This document shows positions 37,858 through 50,828 of a DNA stretch of 64,000 nt, in pieces (the first letter of the stretch is position 1; every line of letters starts with the position of its first letter). Under the pieces are notes generated by a model, which was not told where the DNA came from, did no database searches, and was given only the letters and a program-made list of their open reading frames with translations. The stretch comes from Strigamia acuminata (lineage: Eukaryota): the NCBI GenBank assembly GCA_949358305.1, contig OX442314.1:11098001-11162000 (forward strand), given 5' to 3'. The position numbers were made by a program, and so were the translations under genes.

Positions 37858-39802
37858 ATGGCGTGCAGTTCGACGAAAAACACAATAATTACGGCAATAC
37901 TTTTCGGTGTTATTGGTGTATTTTTGACTAGATTTTCACCTTATTCAGCAACATACAGGTAAATCTTATTTAAAACGCAAAAATGTAATTTTTTAATTAT
38001 TTTTTAAATTTTAAAATTTTTTTTTTTGAAATAGGAAAATCCCACGTGTGGCATTCGTTGGCCCTTTGACGAGAAATACGATATTAGATTCAGCTGAAAA
38101 GTTATTTGAAGGGAAAATGGGATTTGGGCCTGAATCAATAGCTTTTCATAAAGGTAATGTATGCAAAGTCTGCATTTTGCATAATTAAATTGATTTTTCC
38201 TCTCTTATTTAGGACTTTTATACACGGGTTTGGCAGATGGGAGTATAATAGAAATCGATGGAAATAAAATGAGAACTGTTACAAAAATTGGAGGAAATGA
38301 CTGTGGTATTAATGAATTATATAATCAAGCCACCTGCCATTGTTTGCAGCACCTGCATAAATTAAATTCATTAATATATATAAATTAATTTCTAGTTACT
38401 GCTGATCAATATCCGGGCGAAAAAAACCTTTGTGGTCATCCATTAGGGCTACGATTTGACAAAGATGGAGCTTTGGTCGTGGCTGACACTGTAAAAGGAC
38501 TTTATAAAGTCGATATTAAAACGGGTACTCTAAAATACATCGTTTTCATTGATTTTTTAAAATAAATATTTCTATTGATTGGTTTTTATTTTTTAGGAGC
38601 TGTTAATTCTTTGGTCGACAGTAAGACGATAATAGATGACCATCCCAGCCGATTTACAGATGATTTAGTCATCGCCAAGAACGGAGATATTTATTTCTCT
38701 GACGCGAGTTTTTCGGCTACAATGGAGACGCCATTTTGGCAGATTATGCATAAACATACGCCTGACGGCAGAATTTTGCACTACGATGCGAAAACTAAGC
38801 AAGTCAGAGTTGTTTTGGACAAATTGTATTTTCCAAACGGGGTGGAGCTGTCGCCTGATGAAGAATTTTTGATGTTTTCACAGACGTTGGAGCAAAATAT
38901 AAAAAAGTGAGAATAAAATTTCAAAATTCAAAATAATTAAAAAATATATTTGAAAAAAAAAATATTTTATAAAATTTTTTTTAAAAATTCTTTTAGATTT
39001 TATTTAAAAGGTCCAAAAAAAGGCCAAATGGAATCATTCATAGACGAATTACCAGGAATGCCCGACAACATAAGAGTATCTGGTCGAGGTACTTATTGGG
39101 TGGCGATAGTTTTGCCAAAAGTACAGGAAGAACCGGCGTTATGGGACCAATTGGAATTCAGTCGGTCTTTGCGGTACCTCGTGTTCAGCTCTCTCGATTT
39201 GATGAAAAGTACGGTTGATCTCGCACGACGATTTGTCCCGATCGACTGTTTAAATTCGCTGAGCCAAATTGTGAGTATACCAAGCGCCATTTTGTTTCCA
39301 AACGGCAGCCATCTTTGAATTTCTAAACAAACGATGAAAATTGAGGATTTTTTGTGCTGTTTAGTCGGCGCATTCATAAAGTAATTTATACTAAACAGCA
39401 TTTTAAACAACGTTTAAACTGCTCGTCTCCATTTAACTTCAAAAATGGCCGCCGATTTAGTACGTTTTCAGTCGCAGTGGGCATGCGCACTGCATTTAAA
39501 CAAGTTAAACACGACTTTATGAATGCGCCTAGTGTTTAGGACGTAAATAAATTAATTTGTTTAATTATACATTTTTAAAAAATGTATATTTATAGCTGGC
39601 GTATTGCCACGGTCGATCCATCGGGCCAAATTACGGTTTAGTGCTCGAATTCAACATCAATGGAGAAATTCTTCGCTCTCTCCACTCTCCCAAAGGACAT
39701 CTGGCTGCTATAAGTCAGGCAATTGAACATCAAGGAACGCTTTATTTCGGATCACCTTGGCTTCCAACATTAGGGAAATTAAAATTACAAGAAAAAGTGT
39801 AA
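37858..39802 (+). CDS. APMAP/hemomucin-like paralog 5
   Basis: IITAILFGVIGVFL anchor, GPLTRN, GFGPESIAF, CGHPLGLRFD, FTDDLVI, IYFSDAS, LYFPNGVELSPDEEF, ELPGMPDNIRVSGRGTYW, ILRSLHSPKG. Confidence 0.92.
39367..39529. mobile_element. MITE with GGCGCATTCATAAAG...CTTTATGAATGCGCC TIRs
   Basis: 15-bp perfect TIR. Same termini as the element at 20988-21737. Confidence 0.8.
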
Positions 39803-39956
39803 ATACGAATCCAAATCTGTACCAAAACTGACAATCATTCTTATTAATTTACCCAAACACTGTTGTAACATTTTTTTATAACAATAAAAACACTTATAAT
39901 ATTTAAAAAAAGGAAAAGAAAAATTAATTTAATCATTTTTCTATAATTAATTAATT

Positions 39957-40455
39957 TTAATTCGAGAATTTATGGAAAGGTCTAGTAGAATTGACCGCGG
40001 CTTTTTTCGAAATTGCAGAAAAAAGTCCCTGAAAGGCGTACAGGGTGACGGCTATGATGACGATTAAAGCCACGGCGAAAGTAATGCTGAGGAATTTGTC
40101 ATCTATCATTCCGTTTTTACGTTCGCCTTCCAACGTGTCTTTGTCAACCATCATCTGCCTCAACACGTTCAGCTTGTTACGGAGCGCCGCAACTGCGCTG
40201 GGAGACGGCGCTTCGGATAGAAGCTTCGAGACCACTTTTTGGTATTCTTCATCCGTTGAGCATTCCATGATCAATTTCTCAATCACTTCGTCGGCTAAGC
40301 GAGAATATCGTTGCCGAAGTCCTTCGCTAGAATCCGGCTCTAAAAAATCATTAAACAAATAAAAACCAAAACCAAAAAAAATTTACAAAAAAATTTAATT
40401 TTTTTTTACCATTATCCGTTGTCGATGTTTCCTCGCCATTTTCTATATCCATCAT
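39957..40455 (-). CDS. Uncharacterised ~140-aa protein with one C-terminal TM helix (2 exons)
   Basis: Exon 40455-40410 (MMDIENGEETSTTDN) joins 40339-39957 in frame at GT-AG. TM segment FLSITFAVALIVIIAVTLYAF. Confidence 0.75.
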
Positions 40456-40645
40456 TCCCTTTCAACGTTTAAAAACCAAAATTTCAAAGCTTTTCGACAA
40501 ATTCTAAGTAAAACTCGCACTGATGTGCAGATCTCTGGATGCTGAGAACCTCGAGATGTTCAATTTCAACAGTAGCGACACCTACCGCCAAATCCCTCAA
40601 ACAAAAATCAATAACTCACTTCCTTCCGAGGGGGGCGACATTCGA

Positions 40646-41340
40646 CCGAATCTCTGACAATGGCTTCCGAATCCCGCCCGAATCTTTCCGAATCCCACCC
40701 GAATCTTTCCGAATCCCACCCGAATCTTTCCGAATCCCACCGAATCTTCGAATCTCGAATCTTTAAGTTGTATACAAATCGAGATAAATAAAAACAAAAT
40801 TTATGATTAAAAAATGTAATAATATTTTTAAAAGAAACTTCCTTGAAATTGTCCTTGAAATTGTCCTTGAAATTGTCCGTAAAATCATCATCGGAAGAAA
40901 TTATACCTGCGCACCTCGCTGCGCGGTATCTGCGCATGCGCATTTATGATTTAGCGCGAACTTCAAATTAATCCCGGAATCGAGCCCGGAATTCATCATT
41001 GTTCGCAATTGTGATTGCATTTGATTGCGTGCTATTTTACCTCGTATTTTACCACATTTCACTAAGAGTTAAAATTAAAATAAAAAAACATTCCCACTTC
41101 ACTAAATTTATTTGAAAAAAATTATATGAATCTTTCTGAATCCCATCCGAATCCCGCCGAATCCCACCGAATCCCGCCGAATCCCATCCGAATCTCCCCG
41201 AATCTCATTCGAATCCCCCCGAATCCCCCGAATCTATCCGAATCCCCCCGAATCCCAGCCGAATCCCCCGAATCTTTCCGAATCTTTCCGAATCCCATCC
41301 GAATCTTTCGAATCCCAAAGAAGATTCGAATCTCTGACAA
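40646..41340. repeat. Element with two blocks of 10-11 bp CCGAATC repeats (probable DNA-transposon subterminal repeats)
   Basis: Blocks at 40668-40762 and 41128-41336. CGAATCTCTGACAA is present at both ends. Confidence 0.7.
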
Positions 41341-41451
41341 GCAGATTCTGATTGTCGCACCCCTCGCTTCCTTCGCATTAATATTCGAAATTCAAAATAA
41401 ACGAGACAAAAATATTTTTCAATTTTTATTTTTATTTAACAGCACAAAAGT

Positions 41452-42340
<889 letters not shown>

Positions 42341-42564
42341 TCACCTAAAAATAACAAAAATTTCTTTAAAAATTGCAAAAAAAATACACTTTTCACTTAA
42401 AAAACACAAAATATCTACATTTTCCACCTAAAATTGATTAACAAATTGCAAAAATCTGCATTTTTCGCTTAAAAAAACACAAAAAATTGCAGTATTCACT
42501 TTAAAAAAGCAAAAAAATATTCTGAAAATCATCAAGATAACTCCTTTATTAATCAAATCCACAA

Positions 42565-43347
42565 TTACACAAGTAAAACCGCATTAATACACCCATCATT
42601 CTCCGGATTATTCGTAACCTGCGCATATTTGCCCCACACAACCTTCCCGCTCTGCGTAACCAACCCCAACTCGCTAATATTAACTTCGATAACAGTTCCC
42701 TTCGTTATCACCCCCAACGACGTAAACATAACCGAACTCGGATTCTTCTTAACCCCAATAATAGGCAAACAAAACGTCGCCTTCAACTCCGGATGCGTCA
42801 CGTGCGCCTTCTTGAACCGCAGTCCCATCGGGCGAATAAACCGCTCGAATTTCGGCGGTTTCCGCGTGAATCCCTCGCCAACGAAACACACTTTCGTCAC
42901 CATCCGTTTCCACGCCTTCTTCTTCCTCTTGCCCGTCTTCAAAACCCGAAAAACATCGGCATCGCTCTGCGCCTTCACTTTAGGGATCGGCACGTCCCAT
43001 TTGCCCGCCTTCTCCTTCCTCTTCTGCTTAATCATGTTGGACAACACTTTGGCTCGGTTTTCGCCTTCTCTGTCCAGCAGATAACCAGCACGGGCTCCTT
43101 CCGGCACCTTCTGCGCATCTTTCTGCTTCGTGTGTCGTTCTTCGTGCTGTTTGATGGCTTTTTTCATCTGGACTTTCTCGGAATGGCGTTGTTTGTTGTA
43201 CATTTTCGCCCGGATTCCTCGCAACTTCTTCGCTTTGTGCGCCCGTTCGTGAGGTTCACGGGCCTCCTTCTTCCGTTTGCGCTCGTGGTAATCCAAACGG
43301 TATCCATACCGTTTGCGGTGCAATTCAATGTGTTCGTTTTGCGGCAT
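42565..43347 (-). CDS. NSA2: Ribosome biogenesis protein NSA2 homolog, intronless ORF
   Basis: 260 aa, [20 protein letters not shown]...[29 protein letters not shown] follows the stop at 42550-42545. Splice acceptor at 43379-43378. Confidence 0.99.
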   Translation of the reverse strand: MPQNEHIELHRKRYGYRLDYHERKRKKEAREPHERAHKAKKLRGIRAKMYNKQRHSEKVQMKKAIKQHEERHTKQKDAQKVPEGARAGYLLDREGENRAKVLSNMIKQKRKEKAGKWDVPIPKVKAQSDADVFRVLKTGKRKKKAWKRMVTKVCFVGEGFTRKPPKFERFIRPMGLRFKKAHVTHPELKATFCLPIIGVKKNPSSVMFTSLGVITKGTVIEVNISELGLVTQSGKVVWGKYAQVTNNPENDGCINAVLLV

Positions 43348-43649
43348 GTTTCCACCTTATTCCCAGCTCAAATACACCTGAAAATATTCATATATGATTC
43401 TATCAGTTTATGGTCTCGTGTTTCTAGGTGTCTTGAGAGGGAGAAAGGTGAAAACATACCATCGTTTTTTCTAAGTACAATGCGGTTAGGCCTAAAACTA
43501 ACTCCCTACCCAATACACTTATTTTAGATTTTCGATGGATTTAGTGCGCTTTTTTAGATTTTAAGGTTAGATAATTATGTTTACGAATCGTTAAGGCGGT
43601 TTTAGTTGTACGATGCGAATGAAAAATGTTTTTTTTGTGGAATACTTAC

Positions 43650-43727
43650 TGATTTTACGCCACTAAGAAAGCGGCTAACCAAGCTGTCGTGTCCGCGTGT
43701 GGCTCCTACGGGGTTCACATAGAAAGG
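43650..43727 (-). promoter_or_regulatory. Putative non-coding first exon with TOP/TCT-like start, shared by NSA2 and RPS27A
   Basis: Begins CCTTTCT and ends at a consensus donor GTAAGT (43649-43644). TGACGTCA and ACTTCC motifs lie just upstream (43743-43768). Confidence 0.7.
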
Positions 43728-44408
43728 CACGGGCTCGCAACAGGAAGTAGGGAAGTGGAATGACGTCATTTATTTTCAATTTTGTATATTTTTCTCACTT
43801 TTCATGACGTTTTAACGTTGAATGTTTCTTAATAAATGATTGTTTTTAATCGTTTTGTTTAGATGTGTTTATTAGTTGTAATTTTTTTAATGTAAATGCT
43901 TGATTATGAATTATATGTTTAAAGTTAAGCAAGTAAATATAAAAAACTACGTTTCTTGATAAAGACTTTTATACTGCTTCAAATCACCGCCAGAGTGCGC
44001 TAATACCAAACATTTTTCGTGACCGTGACAAAAAACTAATTTTGTTTTCTGTGAAAAAGAGAAAAAAATGTCAAAATGTCCAAAAATTATCATATTTAAA
44101 ACAATAAAATAAGGTTTAATCAAAAAAAATTTTAAAAACAAACTGCGATGGCTTGGATTCGAACCCGGTTCCACCGCTTTTTTTCTCACTTTCTATAATG
44201 TTTCTTAATAAATGATTGTTTTTAATCGTTTTGTTTAGACGTATTTATTAGTTTTAAATTTATTTTAAGTGTAAATACTTGATTATACATGCTACATTTA
44301 AAGTTAAGAAATATTGAGAATAGTTTGATTGTATCGGTATTGTGCGCCGGCTGGTGGAAATATATGGATTGAATCTGTGTCTGCTGCGAAATCATGGTAT
44401 ATATATTA

Positions 44409-44840
44409 TATAGTTGGCACCACATTCGCCAGCATTACATTCGCGGGGAGCACGACGTTGGCGGGGAGACCAGACTTAAGCGATCGATAATCGGTGTTAC
44501 TAAAAGGTGGCGCAACGGTAGATTTGGAAAGAATTGGATTGTTTAAGATGGTTTAAGATAAAATAAAAAAAAAAAATTGTATTTATTCGGTTTGGGTGTG
44601 ATTTGAGTTGAATAACTTTCCCGTTCGTTCGCCTCGTACAGGCAGCTTTCCTGCCGCAATTCGACGGTGATCGCCGTACGCGTAAGCCGTGTCTGGCGGC
44701 CCGGCTTCGGCTGTCGGGCACTGTTTTTTGCGTACTCCGCAAAAACACACCAAAACGACTCGAAATTGCAGAACAAAATTTTAATTCTAATGAAATTTGT
44801 AACTGGATTTTGATAAAACTTTATTATCTATTTGTATTAT
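44409..44840 (-). repeat. Dispersed ~430-bp repeat, inverted relative to its copy at 56985-57470
   Basis: Colinear shared blocks GACAGCCGAAGCCGGGCC, TACGGCGATCACCGTC, AAACAATCC, AAATCTACC, TTATCGATCG, TAAGTCTGGTCTC, GTGCCAACTATA. Confidence 0.85.
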
Positions 44841-45647
44841 ATTAAACTACGACTATAACGGTGCTGAATCTTATTTTTTAACGTCTCCATGACGAGTTTT
44901 ATCAAGTTTGCATAATTCATTGCAGCAAAGCGCTAAGGCGGCGCTTTCGATTCAGTAATTTTGCGTCCATTTTCAAGTAAATGATACTTTACTAATTTTA
45001 AATGACACTTTATTGGTGCAAAATGACTAAAGAGAAGGAGAAAGACTAGGTAATTTTTATTTTACGGTATTTCATCTACTACTTAAGTTACAATTTTTAT
45101 TTTTATTATTACAATGGCTGGCTTTATTTTAGCTAATTTGCCTCCTTTTTAAAAAGAAAACATTTAACTTAAGATGACTAAGATAAGTTTGATAGTACTA
45201 ATTTGATGATGCTCTACAACTTTCTAATTGAAAGTTTTGCTCTAACCTGATTGGTTTAGAAGTTAGCAAGTGAATAACCTTGAAAATGGCCTTCAAGGTC
45301 AAATTTGATGACACCAATGGATTGCTCTCATCCAACTTCCTACACAATCGCTTCATCAAAGATGGCCTAGATGCAATTGCTCAGGAATTATTTGAGGGGA
45401 ACAGACTTTTCTTCCACCCTGTATATACCACGATCGTGAACTTTTAAATTTTAGTGTGATTTATCAATTTATGGTTTTTAATAAACGTTTTTAATGTTAG
45501 TCGATTGTATGAGTGCGAGAGCCGCTTTGAAGATTTTCGTTTGGAGTCTGTTTGTGATTTTTATGGTGCAACGTATGATTACGATAACATATTCTCGGGC
45601 ATTCCTCATTTAAATTTCAAACAACTCGAATAAATATCGGTACAAAC

Positions 45648-46045
45648 CAGTGTTTTGCATTGGGTACCCGTACCCGTACCCATACCCGTACCCGCCCGTA
45701 CCCATACCCGTACCCGCCCGTACCCGTAGGGTACGGGCGGGTACGGGTACAGGTCTCACGGGTACGCGCGGGTACGCGTTGTTGTGTTGTACATACTTAA
45801 TTTATGACGTTAACGCCACGCCGTGGTGCTAGCGTCGGAAATTAAATATGTACGTTATACGATGCACGTTGCACGTGTGTCATGTGTATATACATTGTCC
45901 AGTCGATCAGTAAGCACACGTGATGTTGTGATCGCGTTTGCGTTCGGGTACGGGACGGGTACGGGTCGGGTAAAGTCGGGTACGGGCGGGTATGAGTAGA
46001 GAATTTTTTTGGAGACGGGTAACGGGCGGGTAACGGGTACAGTTT
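45648..46045. mobile_element. hAT-like remnant with GTACCC/GGGTAC subterminal repeats
   Basis: CAGTGTT start followed by direct and inverted TACCCG arrays. No matching right TIR found. Confidence 0.6.
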
Positions 46046-46607
46046 TTTCGCCAATGAAAAACTCTGGTACAAACGGAGCATTCCGAAAATCAAATAAAAG
46101 TACAATAAAATTGATTTTTTTAAAACTTTTTTTTATTATAATTGTGCGCACGCAAATCGTCGATAAAAATGTCACGGAAATTGTCGTACGACGTCGGAAA
46201 TATCGCTGAACGCAAAACAATCGTCGTATTTCGTATACCCGTAGTCGCCGCCGTAGCTTCTCTGCGATGCACGTCGCACACGGTAAAAACGGACGGCGTG
46301 CGAGCGATCTCGGGCGGCGTTAATGACCCGCACGAGGAATTATCGGCACAAACGGACAATATCGAGCATTCCAAAAATCAAATAAAAGTTCAATAATATT
46401 TTTTCTTTTAAAACCTTTTTATTTAAAAATGTACTAGCGGTTGGACCAGTGTACAGGGCTTACCTGCGCATCTCGTCGGGGTGCTTTGGCCGTTCGACTA
46501 TCCTGCGCATCTTGCATTAAAATTTTACACACACATCGATTTCTCCTTATCCAGACATGCAAATTTCATGAAACTTTGCTAGTATGTGCAGTTCCACACC
46601 ATTTTTA

Positions 46608-46858
46608 TTCCCACTTAATAATTCAGCGGGAGAATAAAAAATAAAAAAAATACAAATTTATTTCCGACTTTTTTGAACAAAAACACACGAAAAAGTCAGA
46701 TATCTCACTACCCTTACATAGGAATTTCATCAAACTTGGCCAGAATGTGCATCTACACCCCACTTTCATTCCCACTTAATAATTCAGCGGGAGAATAAAA
46801 AATAAAAAAAATACAAATTTATTTCCGACTTTTTTGAGCAAAAACACACGAAAAAGTA
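46608..46858. repeat. ~90-bp direct repeat (46608-46697 and 46769-46858)
   Basis: TTCCCACTTAATAATTCAGCGGGAGAATAAAAAA...AAACACACGAAAAAGT occurs twice. Confidence 0.9.
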
Positions 46859-47141
46859 AATAAATAAATAAATTTATATCATGTGGTACTAAATTATTTT
46901 TAATTAAAAAGAATAATAATAAACCACATACCTGATACTACTATAGGCTACTTGAAAGAAGCTATGGAAAATATTTACTTGCGGTTTAGCGACATCTAAT
47001 GGGAGTTCGTTGTACTACATTGTACATTTTAAACTAGTTTTGAAATATAAATATAGTCAAATAAAAGAATAAAACATTTTTTACTTAATAAATTCTTATT
47101 TGAAGAATTATTTTTGCACTTTCTTGGCACCATTTTTATAA

Positions 47142-48767
47142 AATTTTAAAAATACATCCAAAAATCTGATTTCCCACAATACTTATCCAAATCCTCATCC
47201 ACAATTCCACATCCTCATCAAAAAAAGGTAAACAAACATCTTAAACGTTTATTTTTTGGTAATTTTTCATTAATTTTTCATTAATTTTGATAGAAAATGG
47301 CACACATTGTTGCAGTGGGTGAAGCACAGCATTTTCATTTTGGGCAAGCAGTTAAGTAAGATAAAATTCATTTTTTGTGGGATGTTCAACTTGTGGACAT
47401 TTTTCAAACATTCACATATTTTTTTAGATGCAACTCTTGCAATGAGGAATTTCTTAGAAATCACCGTTTTGTCAAATGGAAAAAGCAATCCGATATATTC
47501 ATCGTCACTTGCCCGTGCACAAGCGAATTTCGCATTGTAAGAAGTTTTAGAAAGTTTTTAAAAAAAATACATTTTATAAATTTTTTTTAATTTTCTTTCT
47601 TTTTATTTTTTTTTAGGGATGGAACAGTGTTGTACATGGAGCAACCACTGATTCTTTAATTACAATAATTGATGCTATTTCAAAGAACTTTCGACAAGGT
47701 TATTCCAAGTAAAAAAAAACAATGAAAATTCCTACATTTGCCTCTTCTCTGTTCTGCATTGTGCCACAATTTCAAAGACAGTCACAAATTTTGTGCAAAA
47801 AAAACTTTTTAAGTCTAAAAATTTTTTTGATCCGCGCGCTATTAAAGGCGCGCGCGCTATTAGAGGCCCGCGGACTATTTCAACCCAGCATCGGCCAGTT
47901 GGCCAATGCTGGGTTTTTTGAACGTTTCGGCAACGAAAAACGACTAAAAGTGTGACAAATGAAACGTTTTCCATACGTTTCGGGGAAATTCTGCCGAAAC
48001 GTATGTAAAACGTTTCATTTGTCACACTTTTTTTGGCACATTTCGGGCCTCCAATTGTGTACCCGCGCGCAATTCGAGGCCCGCGCGTTATTGGCAAAAA
48101 TAAAATTTGCCCCGCGCGCAATTCGGGCTATTGAAGGCCCGCGTACTAATCGACAATATACGGTAATATGCTTTGTAGATGCGCAGATTGTAAGGGACTA
48201 TTCATTAACCAACTAACTAGTTGGTCGGTAGACGAAAATTGTTCTATTAACTTTAAGCACAATGCTTGTGGCCATACAATCAAATATGTAAGTATTCAAC
48301 TGTTTTTTTTCAATATTTTTTTTAAGAGTACAGTATTTTATTTTTTTTTCTAGACTCACAAAGGAGATTGGGAGGGCTTAGTTTGTGACGGACCAAGAGA
48401 ATTTATAAACCAAAAAGTGACGTTCAAGATTAATAAGGTTAATAGTAATACTTCATTTCTTTATTATTAACTCTTTATAACGAATCGCAAGGGACCCGAA
48501 AAATCAATTCGTTATAACGATAATTCGTTATATCAAAATTTTTAACATGGTGTTTTATGGCCAACCAACCCAACCAGCCATTTTTAGGTATTAGTTATAT
48601 CGATAATTCGTTATATCACGATTCGTTATAAAGAGTTTGGACTGCATTTCTTATTATTTCTTACTCATCTATTTTTTTTGTTTAAATTGTAGATATAGAT
48701 TTCACCAAGTTCCAAGTCCTACCACTGGGATCGTCCATTGTGCCTTTTTTTTTGTATATGCCAATAA
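47142..48767 (+). CDS. Putative orphan Cys-rich protein, 7 phase-compatible exons, 5' end unresolved
   Basis: Exons ~47142-47227, 47294-47350, 47429-47536, 47617-47708, 48179-48287, 48354-48437 and 48699-48767 splice at GT-AG into one open frame with CNSC...CPC and CADC...HNACGH. Confidence 0.6.
47828..48164. mobile_element. pogo/Tc1-like MITE remnant ending TATACGGTA
   Basis: Repeated GAGGCCCGCG/CGCGCTATT motifs and an internal inverted repeat (AAAGTGTGACAAATGAAACGTTTT / AAAACGTTTCATTTGTCACACTTT). Confidence 0.65.
48469..48644. mobile_element. Tigger/pogo-like MITE
   Basis: AACTCTTTATAACGAATCG...CGATTCGTTATAAAGAGTT-TGGACTG, with repeated TTCGTTATA motifs that also occur at ~21895-21925 and ~61215-61410. 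Confidence 0.75.
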
Positions 48768-50042
48768 TTATTCCTTTTGTGACATCAAATCCATCCAAAA
48801 TCAGGGAATTGTTTCGCTTTATTCGATAGATGGGATGAGATGAGATGAGATGAGAGCGAATTGATGAAATGCAAAGATCGAATTTTCCTTTTTTTTCGAA
48901 TACTGCGTTTTACCAATTCGAGATTTTCATACACATTATATATTTCCTTTTTTTTCAACTTTTCTAACGTTAATTTGCTACTTCGACAATCAATTAATTT
49001 TTGCCGCAATTTTTAACTGATTTATGATGAAAACAAACCCAAAACCCGCAGCTGCTAAGTCAGTTTTCACTGTCGTGCGATTTTTCGCGTCTTAATCTAC
49101 CAGGAATAAGTCATATCAGTTAAAAAAAAATAAAATGACCACAAAACGAAAATAGCAAAAATCACGTTTAATGAATTGATTTATTTGATTTTTCTTATTT
49201 AATTTTGATGCTTTAAATGTGAAACATTTGATTTTCCTTTTTCACTGTAAACTAATAGCAATTTTATCATTTTGAACGAGTAATAATGATAATAATAATA
49301 AAATGAGCTCAAGATGAATTTATTTTAAAGTCACAAATTTTTTATTTTACCGAAAAATGATCTATACATTTTTTTTTAATTTTTTTAATTTTAATTTTTG
49401 CGTTAAAAACGAAGACATTTAATTAATTAAAACAAGATCCACTCGCTTTGAATATCACAACAACCTCACGAACTTCGCTGCCCTAGGAATCGGAAATTTC
49501 TCAAGGCATTTGTATTTTATAAGATGGAACATTAAGGTTTATTTTATTACAAATTTGAGCAACGAGATGTTCTGAATATAGCGATCAAGTTCACAAAAAA
49601 TTCCTTCGAGGTATACTGACCACGGGAAGTAAAAATAAATTAAAAAATCTGAAAAAATCTCTATTATACGTATATATTCCAATACGATAAGAATTATTTT
49701 TTTTTCTTTCAATTTTTATATTTTTTTAAAATCATTTTCTTTTTTTTTTTTTTAGTTTTCTAAATTGAGCATGTCTTTTACAATTTAAATTTAAAAAAAA
49801 AAAAAAGAAACAAAAATGTACAATAATTTGCTGACAGTCGAAAAATTAATATAAAAATAAAAACAAAAATAAAATCAAAATTAAAAACGATAATTTATAC
49901 AAGTGATGAAAGACTGGTAGGTATAGAACTGAAAATCGGCAGAATTAAATGCTACAGCAGACCGGTCACATAAATGGACAGTTTTTTTGTATTTTCTATT
50001 TTTTTTTTTTTTTTTTTTACATGTACATTTTTATATTTCATA

Positions 50043-50212
50043 TACCGTACTGCCTCGATTTAACGCCGGATTATTTATTTTTCCGAGCTGACCCCCTCCC
50101 GGGCGGGTCGGCTTTCGGCGGCGTTTAGTGCACGACACGCCGCCTAGCACCCGGCGTTTAATCGAGGCCCGGCGTTTAGATACGCCCTGCGTTAAATCGA
50201 GGCAGTAGGGTA
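50043..50212. mobile_element. pogo/Tc1-like MITE
   Basis: TACCGTACTGCCTCGATTTAACGC...GCGTTAAATCGAGGCAGTAGGGTA. Confidence 0.85.
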
Positions 50213-50316
50213 TATATATTTATTTTATGTTTTTAGGTATTTTTTCATAGCGGATTAGCAAATCACATGGTATTTCTTAGGCTAATTGATAGACAACATT
50301 ATTTGTAGAGAACAAT

Positions 50317-50828
50317 TTAGTGAGTTTGCAGTTGCCAATTGTTCCTTATAATTATGAGTTACAAGCTCATAATTATAATTATAATTCCTTCTTGAAATAG
50401 GCACTTGCGGTACAATAAATATATTTTATAAATTATACTTATAAATACCATGTAATGGTAGAACAAATCCCTATGCATAAGAAAATGAAAATCTGTAGTT
50501 TTACTAATTTAACAGTTTTCAGTTTCCAGTTTATTTATTTGCTTACCTTGAATGATTTTAGTTGTTTCTATCTTTCGATGGCAGAAAGAAATTGTGATTG
50601 AGGCTGAATGTTGAAACAGGTCAGGCAGCCATTTTGAATTTCCATTAGCACCATCAGCGCCATTTGCAATAGTGGGAGGAGCTTCAAATAGTGTTAAGCG
50701 ATCTGATTGGCTCCCTTATTTTACAAAATAGTGTAAAAGTTGAGAAGTTATGTTATAAGTCCATTTTTATAATTATGAGCTTGTAACTCATAATTATAAG
50801 GAACAATTGGCAACCGCAAACTCACTAA
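50317..50828. mobile_element. MITE with ~60-bp TIRs
   Basis: TTAGTGAGTTTGCAGTTGCCAATTGTTCCTTATAATTATGAGTTACAAGCTCATAATTATAA and its near-exact reverse complement. Confidence 0.88.

Noticed and set aside
42629..43527. Long plus-strand ORFs (151 and 244 aa)
   Set aside because: Antisense shadows of NSA2 with no recognisable motifs.
44145..44180. tRNA gene
   Set aside because: Only a T-arm-like motif. No D-arm, anticodon arm or acceptor stem is visible.
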